A DNA stretch of 60,457 nucleotides, counting the filler, from Sphacelaria rigidula (taxonomy: Eukaryota): the NCBI GenBank assembly GCA_964200075.2. It is 10 parts of 10 records of this genome, joined end to end, with 100 filler letters (N's around TTAATTAATTAA, not from the genome) between each part and the next. Parts side by side here need not be neighbours in the genome. Positions count along the whole stretch, not along the records: positions 48,448 to 54,402 come from CAXNAA020023236.1; positions 54,503 to 60,457 come from CAXNAA020023237.1; 8 more parts are not named here. One strand, written 5' to 3'. Below the pieces are notes generated by a model. That model made no database searches, was not told where the DNA came from, and was given only the letters and a program-made list of their open reading frames with translations. Position 1 is the first letter of the stretch. Each line of letters begins with the position of its first letter. A program made the translations under genes and the position numbers. Below, piece by piece: positions 48,890 to 60,457 of this stretch.

Positions 48890-50943
48890 TGGGGGATCGG
48901 CGTGGTGAATTGGGAGTTCGTTGCCTACAGGGCAATATAAACGATCAGGATAAGCTGAATAGTCATACCCACCTTGCGGCGGGTCATAGTGGGGTAGTTG
49001 GCTGCCGGGGTGGGCATTCCCGCCCCCGCGCCCCGAAGCACCGTACCTGTGACCAAATCCACACCCTGCACCCCGTCCTCCACGTCTCGCTTCCTGCTGA
49101 TGTTGCTGGGGTGGCTGGCGTTGTTGATGCTGTTGTTGTTGCTGAGTGAGCTGCGGTGATTGCGTGGGAATCCTACCGCGTCCACTACCCCCACGACCTC
49201 CAAAACTGTCTGCACTATGGTACTGCTGCTGGCGAACACCATTCCACGCACCACAATCACCACGACTTTCTTGTGCGTGCATGTTTCGTTGTGCGTGGCA
49301 TTCGGAGTCATCATGCTGGGTCGTATTGTGGAAATGACAAAAAACGTCGCTCTGTTGTTGACGTCTCTCACCACCTTGTCGTCGTCCGTATTGCAGCACG
49401 CCCCCACCTCTGCCACCCCCAGTGGCAACGACGAGCGCGTGGCCTTAAACCCCATCCTGACTCCTGCCTACCCTACTCCTGGCCAGTTCCATCTCTCTAT
49501 GCGCCGTCACCACCTTGCGCTCCAGGGTATATGTTGTTCCTTCATCGAAAGCAAGCAATACACAACGAACGATGTCCAAATCACTTGAAAAGCGGCGTAT
49601 GTAGTGCCGATTGGCATCTGCATCTGAAATCACGACTCCAAGCTTAACACGGTTGTACCTTATCCATTTCGCCCTGTCTAGAAACATACGGGGTTCCTCT
49701 CCCAAGTTCATATCGAGTGTCTGCCATGCATGATCCAACTGTGCCTTTTCGGTGGTTGGAGAAACGGTGTATTAGTCTACAACGTACTTCCATCCCTCGC
49801 TGGGGTTTCCCAGTCTCACAAGTTGTTGTACAGGCGGCGCGTAAGTAATTTTTTCGACTAGTATGCTTCATGCTCTACTGGCCTTCCCTACCAACTCGGT
49901 CCCAAACCTCTCGATCAAATCCCGCTCATTGTCAAAATGTACCCTAATTGGAAACGCCAGTGTGATATAGATGGAGGTAGAAACGAGGTCCACACCTTCC
50001 TAGCTATGATCAGTGTGCTGCAAGCTTGGGTAGGTGCGCAAACGCACCAGGTGTCCAAGTGAAGCAAGCTGCAAAAGCACACGTGCAGATTTACGTGACT
50101 GTTGGTCACAGCAGCAACAAACAAAAGGAGCTCAAAGGCTTGATATGTTTTTAACTCTCACTGATTATCCCCTTGATCGCCCAGCACACTGTTCTCACCA
50201 ATGGTAAACAGTAGGAGCAGATGGTCCGGCCCAAAGGGTAGCTCAAGAGTGAGCGAGGATGCATGGGCACATGCGACGCAACCTATCTGAATTCGGCCCG
50301 AGAAAGCGTTTGCCTCCTCGGGGCCAGGGCATGTCAGCCTGCACACTAATCTCCCCCAGCTAGGATATACCAGCCTGTGCATCAATCTTCCCTACAACGC
50401 AGCCTGAACATCAACCTTCCCCAGAACTTTGGGAGCATTCTCATGGCTGGATCGAGTGATCTGTGAGCCAACCTGGCCCAAAACTGTCTGAAGGAACAAA
50501 TAACGCCTCTCTATCTTCCTTCCTCATGACAAAGACGTGTTGAGAGCCTCTTCGCAGAACTCTTGCTTAAAGTACGCTGTCATCGGTAGCTTGAAAACCA
50601 TGAACTTCTCTCTTACTTCCTCACCACTCTTTGTCGTACCATCCCACGCTGCAATACCGTTATGCGAACGTGCCCTCAAAATGCCAGACTGTACCATCTG
50701 TGCTTGACCCTGTGTATGCAGGTGTGCGTCTTGAACCTCGTGAAATGCTGCTGTAGTAGTCGTAGGTTGGAATCGCTGCTGAGGGGGCGTAGCTCTTGTT
50801 GCTGACGCGCGCGCTGCCAGGCTTGGATCCCCTTCTTGTGCTTGACTTTGTTGTTGCAGGTCCTTTATCTGATTCGCTTGCTCCTGCATGTATCCTGTTA
50901 AAATCTCCCTGGCCGCGTCTGGGTCGGCGCCTTGCATCTTCAC
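48890..50943 (-). pseudogene. Degenerate LTR-retrotransposon gag, interrupted
   Basis: Copia/UBN2-like MNLGEEPRMFLDRAKWIR..KLGVVISDADANRHYIRRFSS, knuckle-like CHFHNTTQHDDSEC and G/Q/R-rich segments. Stops, frameshifts and unrelated sequence at ~49870-50520. Confidence 0.6.
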
Positions 50944-51827
50944 GATGTTGTCATTTACTTTATTTTCGAAGTCTATCTGTTATGGCTGAATAAACACTGA
51001 GGTTGCCCGTGCGGGGCGCAGCCTGATCGCCAGCGTAAGGGCTGAATCTCCTATTCGGCGCTGGGGTCTATGTGTACGAAAAGGTGGTGGGACCTCTGTT
51101 GCTGAATTGATCCCCTTGTTGATGAATGTATATTATACTCTCCACCCAAAACGTAAAAACCCAGAAAAGTGCACTGCCAAAAAGGGGCGTGGTCAATCAT
51201 GAAGAGCCATTCATGCAGAACAACAACACGTCAGAACCTAATTCCTTGGCCACGCGATTGGGCGTGTGCCTCTTCAGCGGATTCTTGCTGCAACCAACAA
51301 ATCGGGTATATCCTTAATAACAGAACTGTATCTCTTATTTTTCCTTCACCCATATGTCATATACCAACCACAATATCCATTTCCCATGCATCCAGGTCTG
51401 ATCACATGCATCCATCATTGAGTGTGAGTATATTCGATTAGCCCTCGTACTCACGGGCTAATTCTACTCATGTCTCAAACCCTACTGAACAATATTCAAT
51501 GCTATACCATCAAGCACAAACAATCGACCCACCCGTGTACAGACATTTGGTAACGCCATCTACTTAGCAAACTGAAATTCCTTCCTATAGTCCTTTTCCT
51601 CAATACGTTACGACATACTCATGCTATTCATCCATCCCATCACGCCTTTCAGTACTGAAAAAGAATTCGAATTCAAAAGCTCAAATCATCGCAAACCAAA
51701 ATGTAAAAAAATCCCAGAGATATATTCAACAAAAATAGGAAAATTCATCAACCAAACGGAAAGTCGAAAATCAATCCAGTTTCCGGTATTTGCTATGGCA
51801 ACTTTTGTGGCACCCGAAGTCCATTAC

Positions 51828-51977
51828 CAAAAACCATTGAAAAATATTTCGTCTGCAACAAAAAATCAAATCCGGTCGTACCCGTCGAAGACCGAAATCC
51901 TACACCAAAAACCATTTGAAAAATGCGTTGTCTGCAACAAAAAAATCAAATCCGGTCGTACCCGTTGAAGACCGAAC
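51828..51977 (+). repeat. Tandem duplication, 2 x ~80 bp, downstream of the copia pol
   Basis: AAAACCATT...GTCTGCAACAAAAAA...TCAAATCCGGTCGTACCCGT.GAAGACCGAA occurs twice. Confidence 0.85.
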
Positions 51978-52106
51978 TAATTAATTATAAAATTGAAAAT
52001 GTTGCAACCATGGCCTCGTACCCCTACTTTTCCGGGGTGGATGAATGTCCCCGAATAAGAATCAAACCAGCTCAAACCAAACCAATGTACCAGTGTCTGG
52101 CAGACT

Positions 52107-54402
52107 CTACATGATGTTCATGACAATATTACGGTAAAACTCAAAAAACTCTGTCGGCAACACTTTAGTGAGGAAATCTGCATGTTGATACTCCGATGTC
52201 ACGTGAATAACCGAAACCTCATTCCTCCCGACCTACTCCCTGATAAAATGATGCCATATGTCGATGTGCTTGGAGTTGGAGTTTGTGTTTGGGTTCTTCG
52301 CCAACTGAATAGCTCCCTGATTATCCTCAAACACCGGAATGCATGGCATTCCCATCTGTGGCAACATGAAACGCCAAACCTGTCTCAAAAACAATACCTC
52401 CTTCAGAATATCTGTCATCGCAACGTACTCTGCTTCCGTTGTGGACAGTGTCACACACTTTTGAGTCCTTGAAAAACCAAGACACACATCCACCTCCACA
52501 CAATACCAGCCCTCCTGATACCGACCGCCTATCAGCTGCCTTACTTGCGTAGTCTGCGTCTGCAAACACATGAAAGCTCAACCCCTGTATACTTCCTCTG
52601 CGAAAAGAAATCCCCCGCGAACTTGTTCACCTAACATACTCCAAAATCCCAAGTGCAGCACGCCAATGAAGGTGTTTTGGTGAGGCGCAGTACCTCGCTA
52701 CTGCACGGACTGCCTTAGATATGTCTAGCCTCGTTTGAGTTGCCAGCCACATCAGTGACTCTATCAATTCCCGAGACGGAAATTCCGTTGCCTGTTCTTC
52801 TACACTGAACTCTTCAAGCTTTGCACCAACAGCGATGGGGATACTCGTTCCCCACTCTACTCCGTATTCCTTCGCCAACTCTTCTGCGTGTGTTTGTTGT
52901 GAAATTTTCAGAGTCCCCCTTGCAATATCTCTCTCATAGTACAGTCCAGAATACCAACGCAAATCCCCGAGGTTTCTGACTGGAAACATCGTGTTGAAAT
53001 CTTTCCCAAACTCGTCACATCTGTCCTTCTCTCCCACTGCGAATATATCATCTACATGTACTACAATGGTGATAATCACCCTGCCATCCTCAATCAACCG
53101 AAATACACATGAATCCGCCAAGCACTGGTCAAATCCCAAGACAAATAAACATTCCGGCAGATGATTGTGCCACTGCCTATTTGCCTGTTTCAATCCGTAC
53201 AAACTTTTGTTGAGTCTTACTATTTTACCAGATGAGCTACCACAACCAAGTGGCAACCGCATGAAAACATCCTCGTCCAACTCAGACTGTACGAAAGTTT
53301 GTTCGATATCAAAATGGCGCACCGCAAGATTTTGCTCACAAGCCAGAGTCGCCGACAAACGTACGCTAGAAACTGCTACAGTGGGGGCATACAACTCTCC
53401 AAATTCTATGTTCTCCCTCTGCATATCTTCTCTTGCTACTAGTCTCGACTTCATCTTCGTGGGCCATCCAAACTCGTCCGCCTTCCAGCTATATACCCAC
53501 TTTGCATGGATGTAGTTGTCCACGAGTTGCTCTTCCGCCGAGTCTATCGTCCCCGCCATCAGAATTTCCCGCCATTCCCGCCCCATCGAGTCCCTCCATA
53601 AATCACCGTACTCCGAGTGCACCGCCTGCGTGTATCCGTTGGGGACCTTGAGATCCTTTGCTGGACAATGTGGGAGTTCCGGTGGGATGTGCGGCGGGCG
53701 CTGCTCACGCAAAGCGGTATATATATCTTCACGCGTCGCCAGCCTCGTCGCGAGTCACATCGGTATCCCCCCGGCCCCCCCTTTCTTAACATCGTTGCCC
53801 TGTCGCCCGGCATCAATCACGCCGCGCGTGAGGAGAGCAGACAGCAAAGATTGCTCATTTGACTGCTGCATGAGTCCCTAGCTGTGGTGCAAGAGTGCAG
53901 CCTTGTCTGTCTTGTATTGCGTCGACCCTGACCGCGTCCGCCCTGGCTGCCGTGGGTCTGCTTCCAGATCCAGCTCCTTTCCTCACGTTGATTGGAAGCG
54001 GCGAGAAAGAATGGTCCATCACTTCAGGGGCGGATGATGCATCGCGCGACGCAGTCGAGGAAGATGCTGACGGTATCGAGGACGGGATCGGGGCCGAAGG
54101 TCCGGAGAAGATCGGCAGGGATGTCGGCGGCGATCGGTGCATCGACGGAGTGGATGGGTCCGTCGGCGGCGGTAGTACCGGCTGAGTCGGTGGAGTCGGC
54201 GGGCGCGGCGGCGGCAGGATCGGCTGAGTCGGCGGAGTCTGCTGGCGCGGCGACGGCGGCGGCGGCGGCGGCTCGAACTCCAGTGTGTGATATGTCGGCG
54301 GGAGCAGCGGTGTGGCGACGGCGGCGGCGGTGCTGCCATGAACCTCCTCCCCCCCGACGAGCGGCGTTGGGACCTTCCGCCGCCGCCCCCGCGGGCGGAT
54401 CC
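52107..54402 (-). pseudogene. Ty1/copia pol: linker, reverse transcriptase (RVT_2) and RNase H; frameshifted
   Basis: KWVYSWK, KSRLVAR, LNKSLYGLKQA and VHVDDI; RNase H FADADYAS..DRRSVSG, STTEAEYVA, EDNQGAI, SKHIDI and QHADFLTK. Confidence 0.95.
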
Positions 54403-57195
54403 NNNNNNNNNNNNNNNNNNNNNNNNNNNNNNNNNNNNNNNNNNNNTTAATTAATTAANNNNNNNNNNNNNNNNNNNNNNNNNNNNNNNNNNNNNNNNNN
54501 NNGATTCATTCACTGATTGACCGCTTTTTACTCTCAATCGTATCATCTACTCTCAATCTCACGAAAACAGTGTTAGTCCTGTTTGGTACAAAGTTGCACA
54601 GTGTAAACCCGCTGCCACAGCACACAGTACAGTGCAAACACCATGCGATCACGTACCTGGCTAATATAGTGCAAACCCCATGCGAACACGTACCTGGTCA
54701 ACATGGTAGATACTGCTGCACCAGATTTAATAGGAGCTGTTTTCTGTCACAGTACACACCTGAATAATGAACGCGGGTTACGGTCTCGCAATCCCTCCAG
54801 GTGCACAGCACCAACAACCGCCGCCCATGTGTACTTTGCGCACGCATGTTCGGCCGTTTCCGTGTCGGGACACTTCACTCTCTAGTAGTGCATCAACAGT
54901 ACTTACCTCCTGCCTACGAAGCACTTCGTACACAGCGTGCCCGCTGTGAGTACTGTATGGGACACATTGATCGAACGTGCGGTACTGTAAAATCCCGACC
55001 CGGAATTTTGAATTTTGAATTTTGAAATTGTGAAAAAACAGTCCTCGTACACGGAAGCAGGCGCATGTGAAATGATGAATCACAGGACGTACCTGTGCTG
55101 TCGTGGTAGCACGGATGGTGGCAAGCATACACTGCAGCCAGGTGTCCCAGCTCTGTTCTGTCCAGCTGATGGTCGCTTCGAGGAATCAACAGGCATGTAC
55201 TATTCTGGCACCTAAACACGTGATCGTTGCTCAGAAGACCCCACGCTAAATAGAAAGCACGATTGATGCACTACCGTACACCGTATGCAGACACAACGCG
55301 AAACAGTGCAGCTCTACAACGATGTGACTATGCAGTATTGCTTACATTCTCGATTGGTCACCATGTCGTGGTCGAGTCTCAGGGTCGCGTATCAAGCTCG
55401 TGGGACATAGGCTGGGGGTGGTGTAACATCAGCGGCCAGCATAACCGTTACTGCAGCACATAACGGTGTTGCACCAGAGACTCACCAGAGTTCGGTTCAA
55501 ACAGCACTGCATGCCTCATGCAAAACACAAGCTCACGTTCACGTGCAGAAGAGGTGCTCTTGACTTGCTTGCAAGCGAGATGTCTCCAAGTGGTGGCTGA
55601 TGGCGTTGTATTAGGTTTGGCTAGGTAGCTAAACACGACCGACCAGGCTGTGGGGTGATACTGCAAAACCCGACTGGAATATATCTACACTAACGTACAG
55701 CTGGAATACGACCTATCGCCCATATCACGCACATCGAGAACGCCTTCTATATGAGCGACTGATATCCGCCGTCACAGCTTTCAAGAATTATTTCCGATGT
55801 GAGGAGGTCATGCATTACAAGCTGAGGCGAGATACGACCCCACGAGGAACCAGAGTGCTCTATGATCAACGACGTGTCGTTGCATTTGACACCCACGCCA
55901 TCGACAGCCGGCCGCAAAGGTCTTGTGGCTTTCAAGCAAAGCTGGCGGCAGTACGGTAGGCAAGCCCGATCATAGCTAGCTTTCGTTGCTCTACTGTACC
56001 GATGGTCGTCTGCACAGAGGTCACCCACCGTTACAACATGCATCGAATTTTACAACAGCTGTAAAAACAAAACAGTTCTATTTTCTCAACTACGTCCACA
56101 TGATTTAAAGGATTCTTGTTACCTAAGGGAAAGACCCTAACCCTAACCCTAATCCTTAATAGCACCCCCCAAGTTCCAATTGGACCTGTTATCGCCGCAG
56201 CAGCACCATCCTTGCTGGCATGTGTGTTACAGAGAACAGTAGCGGTGACGGAAACATTGCCCTGTTTTTCAACGACATGTTCTGCAGCGCACAGAGGCGC
56301 GTCCTGTCCAAAAAGAGAGGCAGAGGGAAGTCGATCTTCGCATTGGTGAGCTCCACGGACAAGAAGAGACGACATCCCTCCGCACCTCGATGTTCTTCGG
56401 GGGGCTGTGCGCACCAATATAATAACATGTCTACCGGCACATGAGAAGTTGTTGGGTACATGCGGGTAACATGCATGATGCCAGTCTCTCGAGCGATTAG
56501 TAATCGCCGAGCGAGGATACACAAAAGACACGAGCGAGTAGCTTCCTCTCTGCCGTTTCTTCTCTCTCCGGTGGTATCGTCATCAACACGCGTGTACACC
56601 GCATTCGTTCGGTGCACCTAGCCACAACTGCTTGACTGGTGCAGGCTTGTGGAGGGGAATATGGCTTCGCTCTGTGCAGCTGTTTGGCGTCATCCCTGCA
56701 ACAAAGGTATGCCACTTGAGCCTCATTTTAGAGATCAACCCCAGAAATTAGGATTCACTGCTATATTCAGATTTTGTGTATTTAGTGTCTCTGCTCATAA
56801 CATATTAACTTTGAGATAGGACCTTGTGTGCGCCATATCTCGAGGTAGACAATGAGCTAGTGAAGTTGAGGGTACCTTTGGTTTCCTCGTGCTCCAGGGA
56901 ATGCTCACATCAAGAATCACCATCTTCTGTATACATCGTCTGGGGTTTCACGTAGACTTCAGTATGGACGGTATATCCGTACGGTATAGGAGTTACTAGA
57001 CATGAGGTTTAATCGAGGAGAGAAAAATGACCCATACTTTTGAGCGGATAGACACCTCCCGCTTGATTAGACGATCAATACGATATGCGGGTCACGGCCC
57101 AACTCGTCTGTATCGATGAGATATTTCTTGAGGAGCTGAAACCCGTCTCTAGGCTTGCCCAGTTAGTGGTTTCCATTTGTTTTACATAATCATTG

Positions 57196-57444
57196 GACAC
57201 TTTCTACGATAGCTCCCCCTCCAAAACCAGCTAAAAGTGTCACGAAAAAAATGGGCATACAGCGCCTGATGTTTGGGTTCAGGCTGCATGAAGCGCTTCA
57301 TATTAGCGACATTGGCTAGAACGAACCCATGCGTGGTGATTCCCAGCTTCTCGTTATGCTCAGCTTTTCTCATTTCTATTTACGTGAAGATTTTGCCTCC
57401 CAAAACCATGCACGTTTTAGGGGGGGGGCATCGTAGAAAGTGTC
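57196..57444. mobile_element. ~250-bp MITE with GACACTTTCTACGAT TIRs and perfect 4-bp TSD ATTG
   Basis: ATTG|GACACTTTCTACGAT...ATCGTAGAAAGTGTC|ATTG; inverted homologue of 12623-12878. Confidence 0.85.
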
Positions 57445-57589
57445 ATTGGTTACCACTATCGTCATTATTCAGAGTTCTTTGTCTGACATAAGGTTTTTTA
57501 TTTTTCCGCATTCTTTACACATCGTTGTTTTAGTTTTAGACTCAAGTGTCCTACAGCTCCACGTGTCTGCAAGGTTGTATTAGAAAAGC

Positions 57590-57908
57590 TGTCGCTAGGA
57601 CCCCTTTGACGTGATCACTAGAGGCGCAACGGCACTTCAGCCGAGCAAGCAGACAAGCTGCTTTGGAGTGTGGACAGAAGATAGTGTTCAAGGTGCTACT
57701 TGCGGGCGAGACAGTCCGAACAACCCACTGTGTTGAACGGTCAACCGAGGAGAGTGGGGGCAGCCCGACTACTGCTGCGCTCCATATCAGACCAAACTAT
57801 CGTGAGCAGTACCGGCAATCCATACAATGCCCCCATACAAATACAATACCATACGAAGCGCTGACGAGAGTAAGCCTCACAGTCTCATTTTCTGACACCC
57901 CCTCTCAA
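57590..57908 (-). mobile_element. Putative 3' LTR (57590-57897) and polypurine tract of the copia relic
   Basis: Minus-strand TTGAGAGGGGG immediately precedes TGTCAG; TGTC...GACA termini; lies just downstream of RNase H. Confidence 0.6.
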
Positions 57909-58039
57909 CGCAAGTACAAGTCTTACTCCCTCGCACTCCCCCTCAATGCAATTACATACTAGTATCAACCACCCAACTCAATACAACCGTCCCGGCACTC
58001 AAGGACGAAATAATAACGGGTCCCACAGCCAAACGAAAG

Positions 58040-60350
58040 TCAGATTTTGTATATGTTGATCAGCTTGACGAGATGGCAGTGCCTGTGCCTGCTGAGGTAC
58101 TTGGTTCCTATGTCGGCGAGTTGGTCTTTAGTCTTAACGTATAACGAATGTCGATCCTTCCCTCCTTGACTGATTCCTGAATGAAGAAGTACCGTAGAGC
58201 TACGTGCTTGACTCTCGAGGTGTAGGCTCGGTTGCCTGTGACGTGGAGAGTTGAGGTGTTGTCGATGTAGACGGGGGCGGAGTCGAAGCGTGTGCCAAAT
58301 CCCATCTCCAGCATCATGTTCGAGCTAAATATGGCCCCCTTCATGGTGAGTGCAGCGGCCACGAGTTCTGCTTCCATGGTCGATTGCGCCGTCAATCCTT
58401 GTAGTCCTGGCTTAAAGCTGATGAGGCCATTCGAGCGAAAGAGAAGATATGATGCTGTTGATTTCTCGTTGTCGGGGTCGTTGCCCCAGTTCACCTATGA
58501 AAAATCCGTCACTTGGAAACCACCCTGGTTGTAGGTGATGTCATGGTCCGTAATGCCGGCCAAATATCGAAGCAAGTGTTGTGCAGCTGCCACATGCGCC
58601 TTCGACGGTTTGAATATCGCCCGCGTCAGTTGATTGACGCCGTATCCAATCTCGTAGCGGGTCACTCGAGCGAGATACATCACACTGCATGTGATGGCCT
58701 GGAAGCACTGTTTGTCCTCCTCGTTTAGTATTTTGTCCCTCGGCTGGTCCAGTGACAATTCTTGTCCCGCCCCAGGAGTGCACGCCGGGTTACAGTTCGC
58801 TATCTCGTATCGTTCCCGGAGAGACTTGTTGTAATTTGTGTGACTAGTGTTGATTACCTTGCTATTACGGTCACGAACAGCCGCCATTCCCAGCACTAAC
58901 GATTTATCTCCCATGGCCGTCATAAAAAAACGTCCCAATAGTTTATTTTTGTTTTTTTCCAGCACCTTGTAGCCAATCTGCCACCACTCCAGGTTGTACC
59001 CCCCGACTATTACCGATATCATGCGAATACGCTGAATCCAGCAGATCGGAATAAGTGCGGCAACCGAAACCGGAGACTTGTTTCCAGCCCAGCACGCCGA
59101 CACGAACCTTGTAACAACAGCAGCAGCAACAGCGGTAGCAGCAGTAGTAGTAGTAGTCGTAGTAGTTGTTGTTAATGATGATGATAATGATGGTGGAGAT
59201 AGTGGTGGTGATGACGTTGTTGTTGTTGTTGTTGTTGTTGCCTGTAGTTGCGGGCTGCCATGCGTCCACACGTCACCATGAAGTGAGTGTCGATGATTAC
59301 GGGGTAGCAATGGTTCTGCGAGCCGTGTCATCGTGTGTCCGCGAAAACCGTCCCGTGGGTGTGTCACGAGGTGCTCCGGCAGTGTACCACCCTGCGAAAG
59401 ACCATCGTGCGGAAGCGTCCCGCCACAGGTCGGGGCACCGTCGTGCATATCTCGCCTAGTGATGACGCTGATTCTCCCCAGAAGCTCGCCCCCTTGTGAA
59501 TTTCTAGCGCCCCCGCTGGCAGTCGCATGGTCGGCAAAGACATGAGCCAGATGAGTCAATACAGAAATGTGATTGCGAAGGTCGCGTATGAAGGCGTCGT
59601 TGGGGGCGTAGTTGCGACCCTTACTGCCGCCAGGCTCCTCGTCGTTGAGTAGTGAAGGTTGTACGATGTAGACGCGATAGCACTTACTGTTATTGCCATA
59701 CTCAACCAATCGTCCTCCGACTGGCTCGGGAGATAGTTTCTTTGTTCCTTTATTGGTGCGAACGAACGCCTTGGCCTCAATGACTCGAGGATGTCTCTGA
59801 TCTGGCTTTCTCCCCTGCAGCATCTTGTGCGGACATTGCATTCTTAGCGCGGAGTGCGGTGCCCCGTATGCAAGGTAGGATGTCCTGAGCATTGATTCCC
59901 CCCAGGGAAAGGTTGGTAAGCCGCTGTCGGCAAGTATGCACCGGACCATGGCTGCAAGCGTCCTCCCTACGCGTTCTGACAGGTCGATTCGTTGTGGTGT
60001 ATTGGTGCTCACAAACTCTAGCAATATGCCTGTCTGCCGGCAGTACGTTCTGAAATCGTTGCCAACAAACTCATCCCCTTTGTCTGCCCTGAGTCATTCG
60101 AGCCGAACGCCGCCGGTCCCACCCATGGTCATGACCAGTTGCAAGGTGCGTTATACTTTGTTGTAGGCTGTCTTCGGATAGTCTAGTTGATGGCTTTTCC
60201 CAACAGCACGAATATTCCAGTCTGGGATAGATCCACCGAAGTCCCCTCCGTTACTTTAGATGGTTTGGAGGAGGTTCAAACTATATTGCTGTTCATGTCC
60301 CCCATCCGCCTATGCCACAGCGTGGCGGCGTGTACAGCTTGCATGGCCAG
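58040..60350 (-). pseudogene. Ty1/copia pol relic: GAG-pre-integrase, integrase, RT C-terminus, RNase H; RT core missing
   Basis: LWHRRMGDMN, AVGKSHQL, RADKGDEF, NTPQ...SERVGRTL, HLLRYLAG, AQSTMEAELVA, YIDNTS and RVKHVALRYFFIQE. Confidence 0.92.
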
Positions 60351-60457
60351 TCCAGGCGCGTCGTTGCCGCTGATTACTTCTAGAGAAAAGAAATACAAAC
60401 AACAAGTTGTGCGAATTGAGGTTTAACTTCGAGATGAGGTTCAAGCCTAAAACAGCG

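Noticed and set aside
51097..51299. TGTTG...CAACA segment as an LTR
   Set aside because: No convincing PBS, PPT or TSD next to it and no second copy.
55440..56050. KDZ/Zisupton transposase relic (CMRH...GES and YDRAC words)
   Set aside because: The motifs are in the wrong order and in broken frames; not supportable by eye.
56133..56153. (CCCTAA)3 as a telomere
   Set aside because: Only three units and internal to the contig.
57182..57373. Peptide AEHNExLGIxTxGFV...MRRFMQPE conserved in three places as a novel gene family
   Set aside because: It lies inside a ~250-bp MITE, has nearby in-frame stops, and DNA similarity alone explains it. A transposase remnant cannot be excluded.

Overview
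Eukaryotic, repeat-rich DNA, most likely from a brown alga (Phaeophyceae); this is inferred from a 72-nt LRR exon and the transposon types, not proven. The window is not contiguous. It is ten unrelated contigs of 5,956 or 5,955 bp (1-5956, 6057-12012, 12113-18068, 18169-24124, 24225-30180, 30281-36236, 36337-42292, 42393-48347, 48448-54402, 54503-60457) joined by artificial 100-bp N44-TTAATTAATTAA-N44 spacers, so adjacency across a spacer means nothing. Most listed ORFs are spurious. Supported host coding sequence: a three-exon fragment of a PH-domain gene and one isolated 72-nt LRR exon with a GC donor that the ORF track misses. Supported retroelements: a Ty3/gypsy integrase with a chromodomain plus a possible second Tudor/PWWP-like reader, two Ty1/copia pol relics, a gag relic, two tRNA-derived SINE-like families, and two short retroposon families ending in poly(C) with target-site duplications (TSDs). 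Supported DNA transposons: a non-autonomous family with CACACCCTGGACA termini and 8-bp TSDs, a MITE with 4-bp TSDs and a foldback element. All alignments and translations were done by eye; no database search was run.
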